A program made the position numbers and the translations under genes. A DNA stretch of 64,000 nucleotides, from the NCBI GenBank assembly GCA_965203515.1, contig OZ241907.1, positions 1,696,001-1,760,000 on the forward strand. The letters run 5' to 3'. Numbering within the stretch: the first letter of the stretch is position 1; every line of letters starts with the position of its first letter. The DNA comes from Spirochaetia bacterium. Its GTDB lineage: Bacteria > Spirochaetota > Spirochaetia > SZUA-6 > Bin103. The notes below the pieces were generated by a model. It did not search any database. It worked only from the letters and a program-made list of their open reading frames with translations, and was not told the DNA's origin. Positions 20,211 through 29,532 of the stretch are shown in pieces.

Positions 20211-22273
20211 GCACGGCGCGCATACGGTTTTCCGCCGACATCCTGCGCCGACTGGGCGAGGAATTGAATCCCCATCTGGACAAGGGGATCGTGGAGCTGG
20301 TCAAGAACTCCTACGACGCGGACGCGACCTGGTGCCGCATCGAGATGAGCGGAACAGGCGGCGCCGGCGGCACCATCATCGTTACCGACAACGGCGACGG
20401 CATGACGCCGGCCGAGATCGAACGGGGGTGGCTGGTGCTCGGCAGATCCACCAAGAATGCGGCGCGACGTACGCGGCTGGGGCGCATCCCGGCCGGCAGC
20501 AAAGGTTTGGGGCGGCTGGCGGCCCTACGTATGGGATCGCACGCGCTGCTGAGCACCAGACCGCGGAAGCAGCCTGCGGACGAGTATCGGCTACCGATCG
20601 ACTGGCGTGCGTTCGATGCCACGGATCTGGTCGATGACGTAGCGCTGAATATCGACCATGCCCCGAGGTCACCGGACTCCGGCCCGGGAACCGAGATCAG
20701 GATCAAAGGACTGCGCAAGCGGATACAGCGCATGGAGGTCAAGCGTCTAGCGCGCGAGTTGATCCTGCTTGCTGATCCGTTCGGCGACGATCCTGCCGGG
20801 TTCGCGCCCACGCTGATCGCACCCGACTTCAATGACTTGGCCGGGCTGGTGAGGAATCGATACTTCGATGATGCCGAGTACCATCTGGCCGCCGGCGTCG
20901 ACGAGACCGGCCGCGCAACCGCGGCGGTGGTCGACTGGAAGGGCCAGCTCCTGTTCAGCGCCGGCCATGACGAAATCGCCGCGGCTGACGAACGCCGGCC
21001 CTACCACTGTCCCGCGGTCCGTTTCGATCTTTGGGTCTTCATTCTGAATCGCGCCACCTTTTCCACGAGAATCAGCACCCTGAAAGAAGTCCGTCAATGG
21101 TTGGGTGAGTTCGGCGGCGTGCACGTCTATCACAATGGGCTGCGGGTGATGCCGTACGGCAACCCCGGCAACGACTGGTTGGAGATGAACCTGCAGCGCG
21201 TGCGTAGCCCAGAAGAACGTCCGGGAACGAATACCTCCATCGGCCGCATCGTGGTGACCGATACCGATGCGCGGCTCGTCCAGAAGACCGACCGCTCCGG
21301 GTACGTCGAGGACGAAGCGTTTACCGATCTGGTGCGATTCGCCCAGGAGGCCATGGAGTGGATGGCCGACCGGCGGCTGGAGACAGCGGAGCGGCGCCGC
21401 GCCACGGCGCGCGGCATCGCCTCGAACAGGTCACGCGAGGCGCAACGAGCGTTGCGAACGGCCATCGACCAAGTTCCGCTTTCAGATCGCGAGCCCCTGG
21501 AGGCCGCATTCAAGCAGTATGATCGTTCACGAGACCAGGAGGCGGATACCTTGCGCAAGGAGGTGCAGTTGTATCGGACGTTGAGTACGGCGGGCATCAC
21601 CGCAGCGACCTTTGCGCACGAGTCGAGCGGCAATCCGATCAAGGTGATAAGGCAGTCGGTCGACGCGCTCGCGCGCCGCGCCGGTGAGATGCTAGGCGAC
21701 CGGTACGAGCCTCTGTTGAGCCGACCGGTGACCGGTATTCAACGAGCCGTCCGCAGCCTTGCCGTTCTGGGAAACGCCACGCTGAAGCTGCTCGACCACG
21801 ACAAACGCCGGTTATCGAGAGTCGATCTGCATGACGTCGTACGTGAGGTCGTAGACACGTTCAGACCATTCCTCAATGGAAGAAACGTGGCGACCACCGT
21901 GTGCCTGTGTTCAGGTGATCCCTACGTCCGCGGCAGTCGGGCAGCGATCGAATCGATCGTCACCAACCTGCTCAACAACAGCCTCACCGCGTTCGAAAAC
22001 GCCGGCACGATGGAACGAAGGATCGAGCTTACCACCTCGATCGAAGATGGTCGTTGGCGGCTGGCGGTGTCCGACAACGGTCCGGGGATCACCGACATTA
22101 GTACGCGCGACATCTGGCTGCCCGGCCGCACTACGCGCAAGAACGGCACCGGACTGGGACTGACGATCGTCCGGGATGCGGTCCGGGACCTCGACGGCGA
22201 CGTCGATGCCCATGAGCACGGTGGCCTGGGCGGCGCCGAAATCATCGTAGAGATACCGATTCTGGGAGGCTGA
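20207..22273 (+). CDS. MORC/MutL-type GHKL ATPase fused to a histidine kinase
   Basis: N-terminal ELVKNSYDADA, DNGDGM and GSKGLGRLA; middle GLRVMPYG..NDWL and KTDRSG; H-box FAHES; second HATPase NLLNNS, DNGPGI and GTGLGL. No TM segment. ATGA overlap with the MTase. Confidence 0.88.
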   Translation: MSTARIRFSADILRRLGEELNPHLDKGIVELVKNSYDADATWCRIEMSGTGGAGGTIIVTDNGDGMTPAEIERGWLVLGRSTKNAARRTRLGRIPAGSKGLGRLAALRMGSHALLSTRPRKQPADEYRLPIDWRAFDATDLVDDVALNIDHAPRSPDSGPGTEIRIKGLRKRIQRMEVKRLARELILLADPFGDDPAGFAPTLIAPDFNDLAGLVRNRYFDDAEYHLAAGVDETGRATAAVVDWKGQLLFSAGHDEIAAADERRPYHCPAVRFDLWVFILNRATFSTRISTLKEVRQWLGEFGGVHVYHNGLRVMPYGNPGNDWLEMNLQRVRSPEERPGTNTSIGRIVVTDTDARLVQKTDRSGYVEDEAFTDLVRFAQEAMEWMADRRLETAERRRATARGIASNRSREAQRALRTAIDQVPLSDREPLEAAFKQYDRSRDQEADTLRKEVQLYRTLSTAGITAATFAHESSGNPIKVIRQSVDALARRAGEMLGDRYEPLLSRPVTGIQRAVRSLAVLGNATLKLLDHDKRRLSRVDLHDVVREVVDTFRPFLNGRNVATTVCLCSGDPYVRGSRAAIESIVTNLLNNSLTAFENAGTMERRIELTTSIEDGRWRLAVSDNGPGITDISTRDIWLPGRTTRKNGTGLGLTIVRDAVRDLDGDVDAHEHGGLGGAEIIVEIPILGG

Positions 22274-22930
22274 GTGACCAACGGCAGCAGTACGATTGAA
22301 CGGGTGCTTATCGTCGATGACGACGAAACGGCAAGGGAGGGATTCGGGTATCCGATTGAAGAACTGGGAATCACTCCCGTGCCGGAGACCGGGCCGATAG
22401 AAAACCTGCGTCGGTTCGTTGAGGGAGTGCCAGACCGGGCGCAGGCGGTGCTGTGTGATTATCGACTGAAGACGTCCGCCTATTCTTCATACAACGGGGA
22501 TGAGGTGGTCGCCGCCTGCTATCGGCGCGGCATTCCGGGTCTGCTGTGCACGCAGTACACCGACGTGATCGTCGAAATAAATCGGCGGCTGCGTCGGTTC
22601 ATTCCGTCTCTCCTCAAGACGAGCTCGCCAACTCCTGAGGCCATTCACGCCTCACTACGCGCCTGCCAGGACGAACTCTCCGGTTCGATTCATCCTGCCC
22701 GGCGGCCGTGGCGCACTCTGGTCCGGGTGCATGACGCACCGGCGGATGCGGGCTACTGTCACGTTGTCGTACCCGCCTGGAATGCTGACCAAGCGATTCG
22801 ACTGTATTTACACGACATTCCCGAAGAGATATTGCCGTGCATGACGGCAGGGTCGCGCGTGCATGCCAAGGTCAACATCGGTGCCGGTAGTTTCGAAGAG
22901 GTGTACTTCGATGAGTGGGAGCCGGAATGA
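22274..22930 (+). CDS. Receiver (REC) domain protein with uncharacterised beta-rich C-terminal domain
   Basis: VLIVDDD, phosphoacceptor LCDYRL, conserved T (LCTQY) and K (LLK). Starts immediately after the kinase stop. Confidence 0.78.
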   Translation: MTNGSSTIERVLIVDDDETAREGFGYPIEELGITPVPETGPIENLRRFVEGVPDRAQAVLCDYRLKTSAYSSYNGDEVVAACYRRGIPGLLCTQYTDVIVEINRRLRRFIPSLLKTSSPTPEAIHASLRACQDELSGSIHPARRPWRTLVRVHDAPADAGYCHVVVPAWNADQAIRLYLHDIPEEILPCMTAGSRVHAKVNIGAGSFEEVYFDEWEPE

Positions 22931-23994
22931 GAGATTGCGCCGGGCGCCTGCGTGAGACGCTGGCCGTACTGGACGTCGGACACGGCTCCAGTGCCGTCCT
23001 CTTTTCCGGGGGCGACGTGGCGGTCTTCGATACGGGACCCGGCTCCGGCCTGCTCGAGTTTCTCAAAGAGCAGAACGTCAAGCATATCAAGACCGTCTTC
23101 GTTTCGCATGCGGACCGCGATCACATCGGCGGCCTGGTCGGTCTGCTGGCCGCGAATATCATCACAGTCGAGCGGGTCGTCCTCAATACCGACAGCTCGA
23201 AAGGCTCCGCCGCGTGGGATGACCTGCTCTACGAGCTCGATGCTCGGCATCGGGCCGGAACGACCAGGTTCGACACCACGATCCGCGCAGGTGACAGCGA
23301 AGTCTTCGGGACGGTGACCGCGGCCGCGGCCGGCCCGAGTACGTATCTTACGGCAAGAGGACCCGGCAGTACAGACCGGTCCGGCAGGAGAATCACCAGT
23401 AACTCGATCAGTGCCGTGATCCGGCTCGCCGCCGACACCGGTCCGGTAGCACTCCTGACCGGTGACCTCGACATGATCGGGCTCGATGCACTGCTGCACG
23501 AGGGAGGCGCCATAGATGCGCCGGTACTGGTGTTTCCTCATCATGGCGGAGGAGTAGGCGGCAGCAATGTCGGTGGTTACGTCACCAAGCTGGTCAAGCG
23601 CGTGCGCCCGTGTGTCGTGGTGTTCTCCATCGGTCGCCGGCGGAAGGGAACGCCCGATCCTGAGATAGTCCGTTACCTTCGGGGGGCGGCGCCGGCGGCA
23701 CGCATTGTGTGCACGCAGTTGTCGCAGCACTGCGCGAAGGCGCGTCCGACGTTCGCACCGGCGCACTTGTCACCGGCGTTCGCGCTCGGTCGAAGTGACG
23801 GCGCCTGCTGTGGCGGCACGATTCTGATGCCGTTGCGTGATGCGCCCGGGATCACGCCGGACTCCGCCAATCACCTGGAATTCATCAGGAAAGCGGCTGA
23901 AACACCGTTGTGCATGGGATGGCCGATCCCCGCCGTAGAACGGCCGCTCAGGCCAAGTGCCGGGAGAAGAACCGGACCCAGTTGCGGTGCATGA
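22927..23994 (+). CDS. ComEC/Rec2-type metallo-beta-lactamase-fold hydrolase (putative nuclease), no TM domain
   Basis: LDVGHG, DTG, SHADRDHIGG (HxDxDH), LLTGD and PHHG motifs; Cys-containing tail. ATGA overlap with the REC gene. Confidence 0.83.
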   Translation: MRDCAGRLRETLAVLDVGHGSSAVLFSGGDVAVFDTGPGSGLLEFLKEQNVKHIKTVFVSHADRDHIGGLVGLLAANIITVERVVLNTDSSKGSAAWDDLLYELDARHRAGTTRFDTTIRAGDSEVFGTVTAAAAGPSTYLTARGPGSTDRSGRRITSNSISAVIRLAADTGPVALLTGDLDMIGLDALLHEGGAIDAPVLVFPHHGGGVGGSNVGGYVTKLVKRVRPCVVVFSIGRRRKGTPDPEIVRYLRGAAPAARIVCTQLSQHCAKARPTFAPAHLSPAFALGRSDGACCGGTILMPLRDAPGITPDSANHLEFIRKAAETPLCMGWPIPAVERPLRPSAGRRTGPSCGA

Positions 23995-25060
23995 CGTCGG
24001 TCACCTGTTCGTCGTCGTAGCCGCGGCGGGTCAGCACGTCGGCCAGCCGGCGGTAGTCGACCACGGTGTCGATCTCCGCCGGCGCGCCGGCGCGTCCGCC
24101 CTGGCCGTCGGTGTCCCCGCCGATGCCGGCGTGGCGCGCGTCGCCGGCGAGCTGACAGACGTGATCGACGTGGTCGGCAAGATCGTCGAGCGTGACGTCG
24201 GCCTTGCCGAACGGCCGTTGCAGCCCCTCGACGTTGGCCCAATCGATGCCGCCGCGGTACAGCATGGCGGTGTCCATCGACACCCCGATCACGCCGTCCC
24301 GCTCGATGATCGCCCGCAGGATTGCGTCGGGGAACTGCCGCTCACCGGGTACGATCGCCCGGCAGTTCTGGTGCGTGGCGATCACCGGGCCGTCGAACCG
24401 GTCGAGCGCCTGCGTGATGGTCGCGTCGGAGGCATGCGTGGCATCCAGCACGATGCCCAGCCGCCGCATGTCCGCCAGCAGCCGGCCGGCCGGTGGAAAC
24501 AGCCCGCCGTCGGTACCCGTGCCGGTGCCGTGTCCGTACGCGCTGGTGTCGTAGTGGGTCAGGCTGACGATGCGCAAGCCGGCCGCGTGGTACTCCTCCA
24601 GCGACTCCGTATCCAGGATCGGATCGGCGCCCTCCAGCCCCAGGATCACGCCCACCGGCAGGTCGTCGAAGCCGCTCCCCGCGCGCTCCGCATCCTCCCA
24701 GCTCCGCACGTGCGCGGCCAGGTCGGCCGCCGATTTCAGGACGCGGTAGCGCCCGCGCCGCTCCATGATCCGGTAATAGGCGATCTGGCCCCAGGTCTCC
24801 GCGTAGGCCAGCTCGCCGGAGCGGTGCCCCCAGAGCTGCGCCCCCGGACGATGGATGCGCGCGGTCAGCTTGCCGATGAAGGCGGCGATGCCGGCGCGCC
24901 GCTGCTCCGGGACCGACGCCATCAGTTCCGTCTGATAGCCCAGGTCCTCGCTCGCCATCCCCGCCGGCGGCGCGGAGCGCACCGCCTCGATCGGCTGGGT
25001 GAGGTCGGCGTTGAGCCGCGCCGCCACGTTGACCGGATAGTCGCCGTCGAAGATCAGCAT
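23948..25060 (-). CDS. Membrane dipeptidase (peptidase M19) family protein
   Basis: LEGAD, SLTH, DATHAS, ATHQN and GGDTDG motifs. Confidence 0.88.
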   Translation of the reverse strand: MLIFDGDYPVNVAARLNADLTQPIEAVRSAPPAGMASEDLGYQTELMASVPEQRRAGIAAFIGKLTARIHRPGAQLWGHRSGELAYAETWGQIAYYRIMERRGRYRVLKSAADLAAHVRSWEDAERAGSGFDDLPVGVILGLEGADPILDTESLEEYHAAGLRIVSLTHYDTSAYGHGTGTGTDGGLFPPAGRLLADMRRLGIVLDATHASDATITQALDRFDGPVIATHQNCRAIVPGERQFPDAILRAIIERDGVIGVSMDTAMLYRGGIDWANVEGLQRPFGKADVTLDDLADHVDHVCQLAGDARHAGIGGDTDGQGGRAGAPAEIDTVVDYRRLADVLTRRGYDDEQVTDVMHRNWVRFFSRHLA

Positions 25061-25082
25061 TTCCGCGCCTCCGCTCGCCCAG

Positions 25083-26117
25083 TCAGGCGCCGGTCCAGTC
25101 GAACACGACGTTGACCATGCTCTTATCGCGCTTGAAGGCCATGTCGTACGCCTGCCGCATCTCGGTGTAGTGGAGCCGATGGGTGATCAGCTTGCTGGGC
25201 TCGAGCACGCCGTCCGCCATGAGCTGCAGCACGTGAGGCCGGTGATGGCGCGTGCCGGAGGTCGTGCCCGCACGCGCGGCCGGGCGCGGATACAGGCTGG
25301 GATCGCCGCCGCTGACGGCGATCAGGGTCACCGCCTTGTCGTAGAAGAGCTGCATCGACAGCGGGTTGAAGTCGAGCGCCTCCTCGCCGCGGCCGAGCAG
25401 GCTGACGATCGCCACGCGGCCGTCGTAGCGCACGATCTCCAGCGACGTCCGATACGCCGGCCACGGGTTCGCGGTCAGGATCACCAGGTCGATGCCGCGC
25501 CCGTCGCTGAACCGGTCGAGCTTGGCGCGCAGGTCCGGGTCGTCGGACATGAGCGCCTCGTGCGCTCCCATGGTGCGCGCCGCCCGCAGGCGGATGTCGC
25601 TGTTGCCCAACGCGACGGTGCGGGCGCCGAACAGCGGACCCAGCGCCACCGCGCCGAGCCCCAGGGTGCCCAGGCCCACCACCGCCACCGTCTCTCCCGG
25701 CCGGAACAGCGCCTTGTGGTAGCAGAGCGCGCTCAGCGCATAGAGGTTGGCGTACACCGCGTCCTCGTCGGCGGCGCCGTCCGGGACCTTGGCGGGATCT
25801 TCGCCCGCCTGCTGGACGTACATCGACTGGTGCCAGGCGCCGGAGACCACCCGATCGCCGACTGCGAGGTGCCGCACCGCGCTCCCCACCCCGCGTACGA
25901 TGCCGAGGTTGCTGTCGCCGACCCCGCGCGGGTAGTCGGGCGCGCCGGGAACCCGTTCCGCCCCCTCGTAGTTGCCCCGGTCGGTTCCGATCTTCAGCGC
26001 GCTGACCGTCGTCTGCACCCACACTTCGTCCGGCGCCAGGTTGTCGGTATCGAGGGTATCCTCCTCGATGCGCAGGTCGCCGGGTCCGTAGAGGACCGCT
26101 TTCTTGCAGATCGTCAT
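25083..26117 (-). CDS. MDR (zinc-binding alcohol dehydrogenase family) oxidoreductase
   Basis: GroES-like N-terminus, GLGTLG Rossmann motif, LITHR. Confidence 0.85.
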   Translation of the reverse strand: MTICKKAVLYGPGDLRIEEDTLDTDNLAPDEVWVQTTVSALKIGTDRGNYEGAERVPGAPDYPRGVGDSNLGIVRGVGSAVRHLAVGDRVVSGAWHQSMYVQQAGEDPAKVPDGAADEDAVYANLYALSALCYHKALFRPGETVAVVGLGTLGLGAVALGPLFGARTVALGNSDIRLRAARTMGAHEALMSDDPDLRAKLDRFSDGRGIDLVILTANPWPAYRTSLEIVRYDGRVAIVSLLGRGEEALDFNPLSMQLFYDKAVTLIAVSGGDPSLYPRPAARAGTTSGTRHHRPHVLQLMADGVLEPSKLITHRLHYTEMRQAYDMAFKRDKSMVNVVFDWTGA

Positions 26118-27553
26118 GGCGAGTCTCCCTCCTTATGCTCCTCGGCCTCGGCCGGATGCTCCTCGGCCGGATGCTCCTTGGACAGATGCGCCTGCAGACG
26201 CTGCGCCTGCTTGCGGCTGCCGATGTGGAGCTTCCGGTATGCCTCTTCCGAGGACGCGAACGGCGCGTCGCCGGTGCCGTGCCAGCCGAGCTGGGTGAAC
26301 ATCGGGTTGCGGCGGCCGGTCTGCGCCTCGCGCCGCTCGACGTGGGCCGCCATCCGCTCCTCCAGCAGGGCGACCACGGCCGGTTCCCGATCGGCCAGGT
26401 TCTCCGTCTCATCCGGGTCGCGCACCAGGTTGTACAACTCCACCTCCGGCTTGCGGTGGAAGTCGGGCTCCAGGGCGCGGATCAGCTTCCACTCGGGCGT
26501 GCGCCAGCCGTGCTTGCGCATCCAGGTCGCCTCCGTCAGGTAGAGCTCGGTCTCCGGGACGAACGGCTCACCGCGCGCCGGCGGCAGCAGGCTGCGGCCG
26601 TCGAACTCCAGCCCCGCGTCGACGCCCAGCAAGTCGAGCATGGTGGGCGTCATGTCCCTGGTCTGCACCCACGGATCGACCCGCGCCCCGGCGGGCAGCT
26701 TGCCGGGCGCGCGGATGATCAGCGGCACCACCAGATTCGAGTCGTACAGGCCGTGATGGTCGTACCAGCACTCATGCTCGTTCAGGGTCTCGCCGTGATC
26801 GGCGGTGACCACCACCACCGTGTTCTCCGCCAGCCCGAGCTCGTCGAGCACCGTGAACAGCCGGCCGATCGCGGCGTCCATGTAGGCGACCGCCCCGTCG
26901 TACAGGCTGTCGACGAACCGGGCGTCGGTGACCTTGCCGGGAAACCAGGACCTGAAGTAATCCGCGAACGGCGCGAACGCGTACAGGCGGTCGAGCGAGC
27001 GATTGGCGGGGTCGAGCTCGTCGCCCTCGTAGAAGAGACGGTCGAACGGCGCCGGCGGCAGGTACGGGCTGTGCGGGTCCATGTGACGCAGGAACAGAAA
27101 GAACGGATCGCCGCCGGCGGCGGCCGTGCGCAGATACGGGACGGCCACCTCGTTCAGGGCGTGCGCCTTGGGCATCGCGCCGCCGGGCGCGTCCCCCCAG
27201 CCTTCGTACTCCAGATAGGTCCGGAAGCCGCGCGACGCCGGATTGCCGGGAAACCCCACGCAGCAGGTCGAGTAGCCGGCCCGCTCCAGGATCTCGGGCA
27301 GCATCGGCGCGGCCACGTCGCCCTTGTGGCGCAGGCCCACCACGCCGGTGCCGAAGCAGTCGCGCCCGGTGAGCATCGACGCGTAGGCCGGCGTGGTCGG
27401 CACGCTCGGGCTGAAGGGGCGGCGGAACATCGTCCCCTGCTCGGCGAAGCGGGCGAGGTGCGGCGTGGTGAGGCGATGGTAGCCGTACAGGCTCATGTGA
27501 TCGCGACGCAGGCTGTCGATGGCGATCAGCAGCAGGTTCGGTCGAGCGGCCAT
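26114..27553 (-). CDS. Sulfatase-like hydrolase (alkaline phosphatase superfamily)
   Basis: PNLLLIAIDSLRRDH, DPHSPY and ADHGE motifs. Start ATG 27553. Confidence 0.88.
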   Translation of the reverse strand: MAARPNLLLIAIDSLRRDHMSLYGYHRLTTPHLARFAEQGTMFRRPFSPSVPTTPAYASMLTGRDCFGTGVVGLRHKGDVAAPMLPEILERAGYSTCCVGFPGNPASRGFRTYLEYEGWGDAPGGAMPKAHALNEVAVPYLRTAAAGGDPFFLFLRHMDPHSPYLPPAPFDRLFYEGDELDPANRSLDRLYAFAPFADYFRSWFPGKVTDARFVDSLYDGAVAYMDAAIGRLFTVLDELGLAENTVVVVTADHGETLNEHECWYDHHGLYDSNLVVPLIIRAPGKLPAGARVDPWVQTRDMTPTMLDLLGVDAGLEFDGRSLLPPARGEPFVPETELYLTEATWMRKHGWRTPEWKLIRALEPDFHRKPEVELYNLVRDPDETENLADREPAVVALLEERMAAHVERREAQTGRRNPMFTQLGWHGTGDAPFASSEEAYRKLHIGSRKQAQRLQAHLSKEHPAEEHPAEAEEHKEGDSP

Positions 27554-28356
27554 CAGCGTGCTCCCAGCGCCTTGAGGCAGGCGTTGAGGTAGCCGGCGCT
27601 CTCGGCGGCGATGGTGGCGCTCAGCGCCGGATCGTCCCAGGTCTGGGCGCCGATCACCTCCAGGCTCAGCGCGCCGTCGTAGCCGGCCTCCACGAGCACC
27701 CGGCAGTAGCCGGCCAGGTCGATCTGACCGCGGCCGCACGCCTGTTGCGCGGGAGGTCCGGGCGAGGGGTCGCGCGACGGGCAGTCGCGGACGTGCACGT
27801 GCCGCACGCGGGCGACCACGGCGCGCAGCGCCTCCACCACGTCCTCGCCCGCGCGGTGGATGTGGCTGGGGTCCATGTTGACGCCGAATCCGGGCGAGTC
27901 GATCGCCTCCATGGCGGCCAGCGTGGTCGGCGTGTCGTGGACGGCGCTGCCGACGTGCGCCTTCAGGCAGAGGGTGACCCCGTGCCGGTGCGCTTCGTCG
28001 GCCAGCGCCGCGATCCGCTCCACGGCGGCGTCGAGCGAGTCCCGGTCGCCGGCGGCGCCGCCGGAGCCGATGCAGACCACGGGGATGCCGAGCTCGGCAG
28101 CCGCCTCGAAGGCAAGGCGCAGGCGCTCCTCATTCAGGGCCGACTCCTCCATGGCGAGCGCCTGCAGGCCGTGGTCGTCGAGGACCGCGCGCAGCTCGGC
28201 CGCCTGCCGGCGCCAGCTCGACAGTTTCAGGTGCTCGCACATACCGGCCAGGGCCGCGACCTCGACCCCGTCGTAACCGGCCGCGGACAACAGGCGCGCC
28301 GCGGCCGCGAATCCGGACCGGCCGAAGAGAACGGTGTTCGCTGACAGCTTGATCAT
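27553..28356 (-). CDS. Sugar phosphate isomerase/epimerase (xylose isomerase-like TIM barrel)
   Basis: GYDGVE, DPSH, HVHVRD, GRGQID and GYDGALSLE motifs. Confidence 0.87.
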   Translation of the reverse strand: MIKLSANTVLFGRSGFAAAARLLSAAGYDGVEVAALAGMCEHLKLSSWRRQAAELRAVLDDHGLQALAMEESALNEERLRLAFEAAAELGIPVVCIGSGGAAGDRDSLDAAVERIAALADEAHRHGVTLCLKAHVGSAVHDTPTTLAAMEAIDSPGFGVNMDPSHIHRAGEDVVEALRAVVARVRHVHVRDCPSRDPSPGPPAQQACGRGQIDLAGYCRVLVEAGYDGALSLEVIGAQTWDDPALSATIAAESAGYLNACLKALGAR

Positions 28357-28415
28357 GGCAGCGCATCTTGTCACTTCGGACGGCCGCGGCGCCACCGGGC
28401 GCGCTGCCGAGGCGC

Positions 28416-28444
28416 TTGACCGCCGCTCCCGTCCGCCGTATGTT
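28416..28444 (+). promoter_or_regulatory. sigma70-type promoter TTGACC-N17-TATGTT upstream of the RNA ligase
   Basis: Near-consensus hexamers with 17-nt spacing, 11 nt before ATG 28456. Confidence 0.55.
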
Positions 28445-28455
28445 CGGGTGCTCCC

Positions 28456-29508
28456 ATGGCATTCGAGTCACGAGTCTACGCCCTGCGTATCGAGCCGCAC
28501 CCCAACGCCGACCGCCTGGAGCTGGCGGCGATCGGCGGCTTCCGTTGCGTCGTCGGCAAGGACAGCTACGTCGACGGCGACCTGGCCGCGTACATCCCGG
28601 AAGGGGCGGTCTGTCCCGAATGGCTGATCGCGGAGCTGGGGCTGGAAGGCAAGCTGGCCGGCAGCAAGAAGAACCGCGTCAAGGCGGTGCAGCTCCGCGG
28701 CGCGCTTTCGCAGGGGTTGGTCTATCCGGTCCGCGACGGGATGATCCGCGGGCGGCAGGTCGCCGAAGGGGACGAAGTCACCGAGCTGCTGGAGCTGGTC
28801 AAGTACGAACCGCCGATCCCGATCTCCATGCAGGGCGAGGTGCGGTCCGCGCACGGCGCCACCCTCCACTACGACATCGAGGACTTCAAGAAATACCCGG
28901 AGGAGTTCCGGGACGGGGACCCGGTGATGGTCACGGAGAAGCTGCACGGCACGTGGTGCTGCCTGGGCTGGCACGCCGACCACGGCCCGATCGTCACCTC
29001 CAAGGGTATGTCGGACAAGGGCATGGCGCTGCTGATCGACGACGCGAACAAGACCAATCTGTACGTGCGCACGTGGCGCGCGCATCAGGAGGCGTTCGAG
29101 TCGGCGCGCGCCCGCCTTGCCGGCGACGGCCGGCCGTTCTACGTCCTGGGCGAGGTGTACGGCCGCGGCGTGCAGGACCTCCATTACGGGGAGCCCAACC
29201 CGGCGTTCCGGGTGTTCGATGCGTACCTGGGCGAACCGGGAACCGGCCGCTACCTGAACCCGGAGGAACTGGCGGAATCGCTGAGCGATCTGTTTCCGCT
29301 GGTGCCGGAGCTCTATCGCGGCCCGTTCAGCCTGGCGAAGCTGCAGGAGCTCACCGACGGCGCCACCACGCTCGGCGGCGGCCACGTACGCGAAGGCGTG
29401 GTCGTGAGGCCGGCCATGGAGCGCGTGTCGCACGCCTGCGGACGGGTGATCCTGAAGAGCGTCTCCGGCAAGTACCTGACGCGCAAGGGCGGCACGGAGT
29501 TCAACTGA
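28456..29508 (+). CDS. ATP-dependent RNA ligase, DRB0094 family
   Basis: N-terminal OB-like HPNADRLEL...LRGALSQGL; motif I TEKLHGT; GEVYG, FRVFD, REGVVV and ILKSVS. Confidence 0.9.
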   Translation: MAFESRVYALRIEPHPNADRLELAAIGGFRCVVGKDSYVDGDLAAYIPEGAVCPEWLIAELGLEGKLAGSKKNRVKAVQLRGALSQGLVYPVRDGMIRGRQVAEGDEVTELLELVKYEPPIPISMQGEVRSAHGATLHYDIEDFKKYPEEFRDGDPVMVTEKLHGTWCCLGWHADHGPIVTSKGMSDKGMALLIDDANKTNLYVRTWRAHQEAFESARARLAGDGRPFYVLGEVYGRGVQDLHYGEPNPAFRVFDAYLGEPGTGRYLNPEELAESLSDLFPLVPELYRGPFSLAKLQELTDGATTLGGGHVREGVVVRPAMERVSHACGRVILKSVSGKYLTRKGGTEFN

Positions 29509-29532
29509 CTCCGAAAGGCCGGCTCCCCTTCT

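Noticed and set aside
28380..28456. sigma54 promoter for the RNA ligase (Rtc-like regulation)
   Set aside because: No TGGCAC-type -24/-12 element was found; a sigma70-like promoter is present instead.
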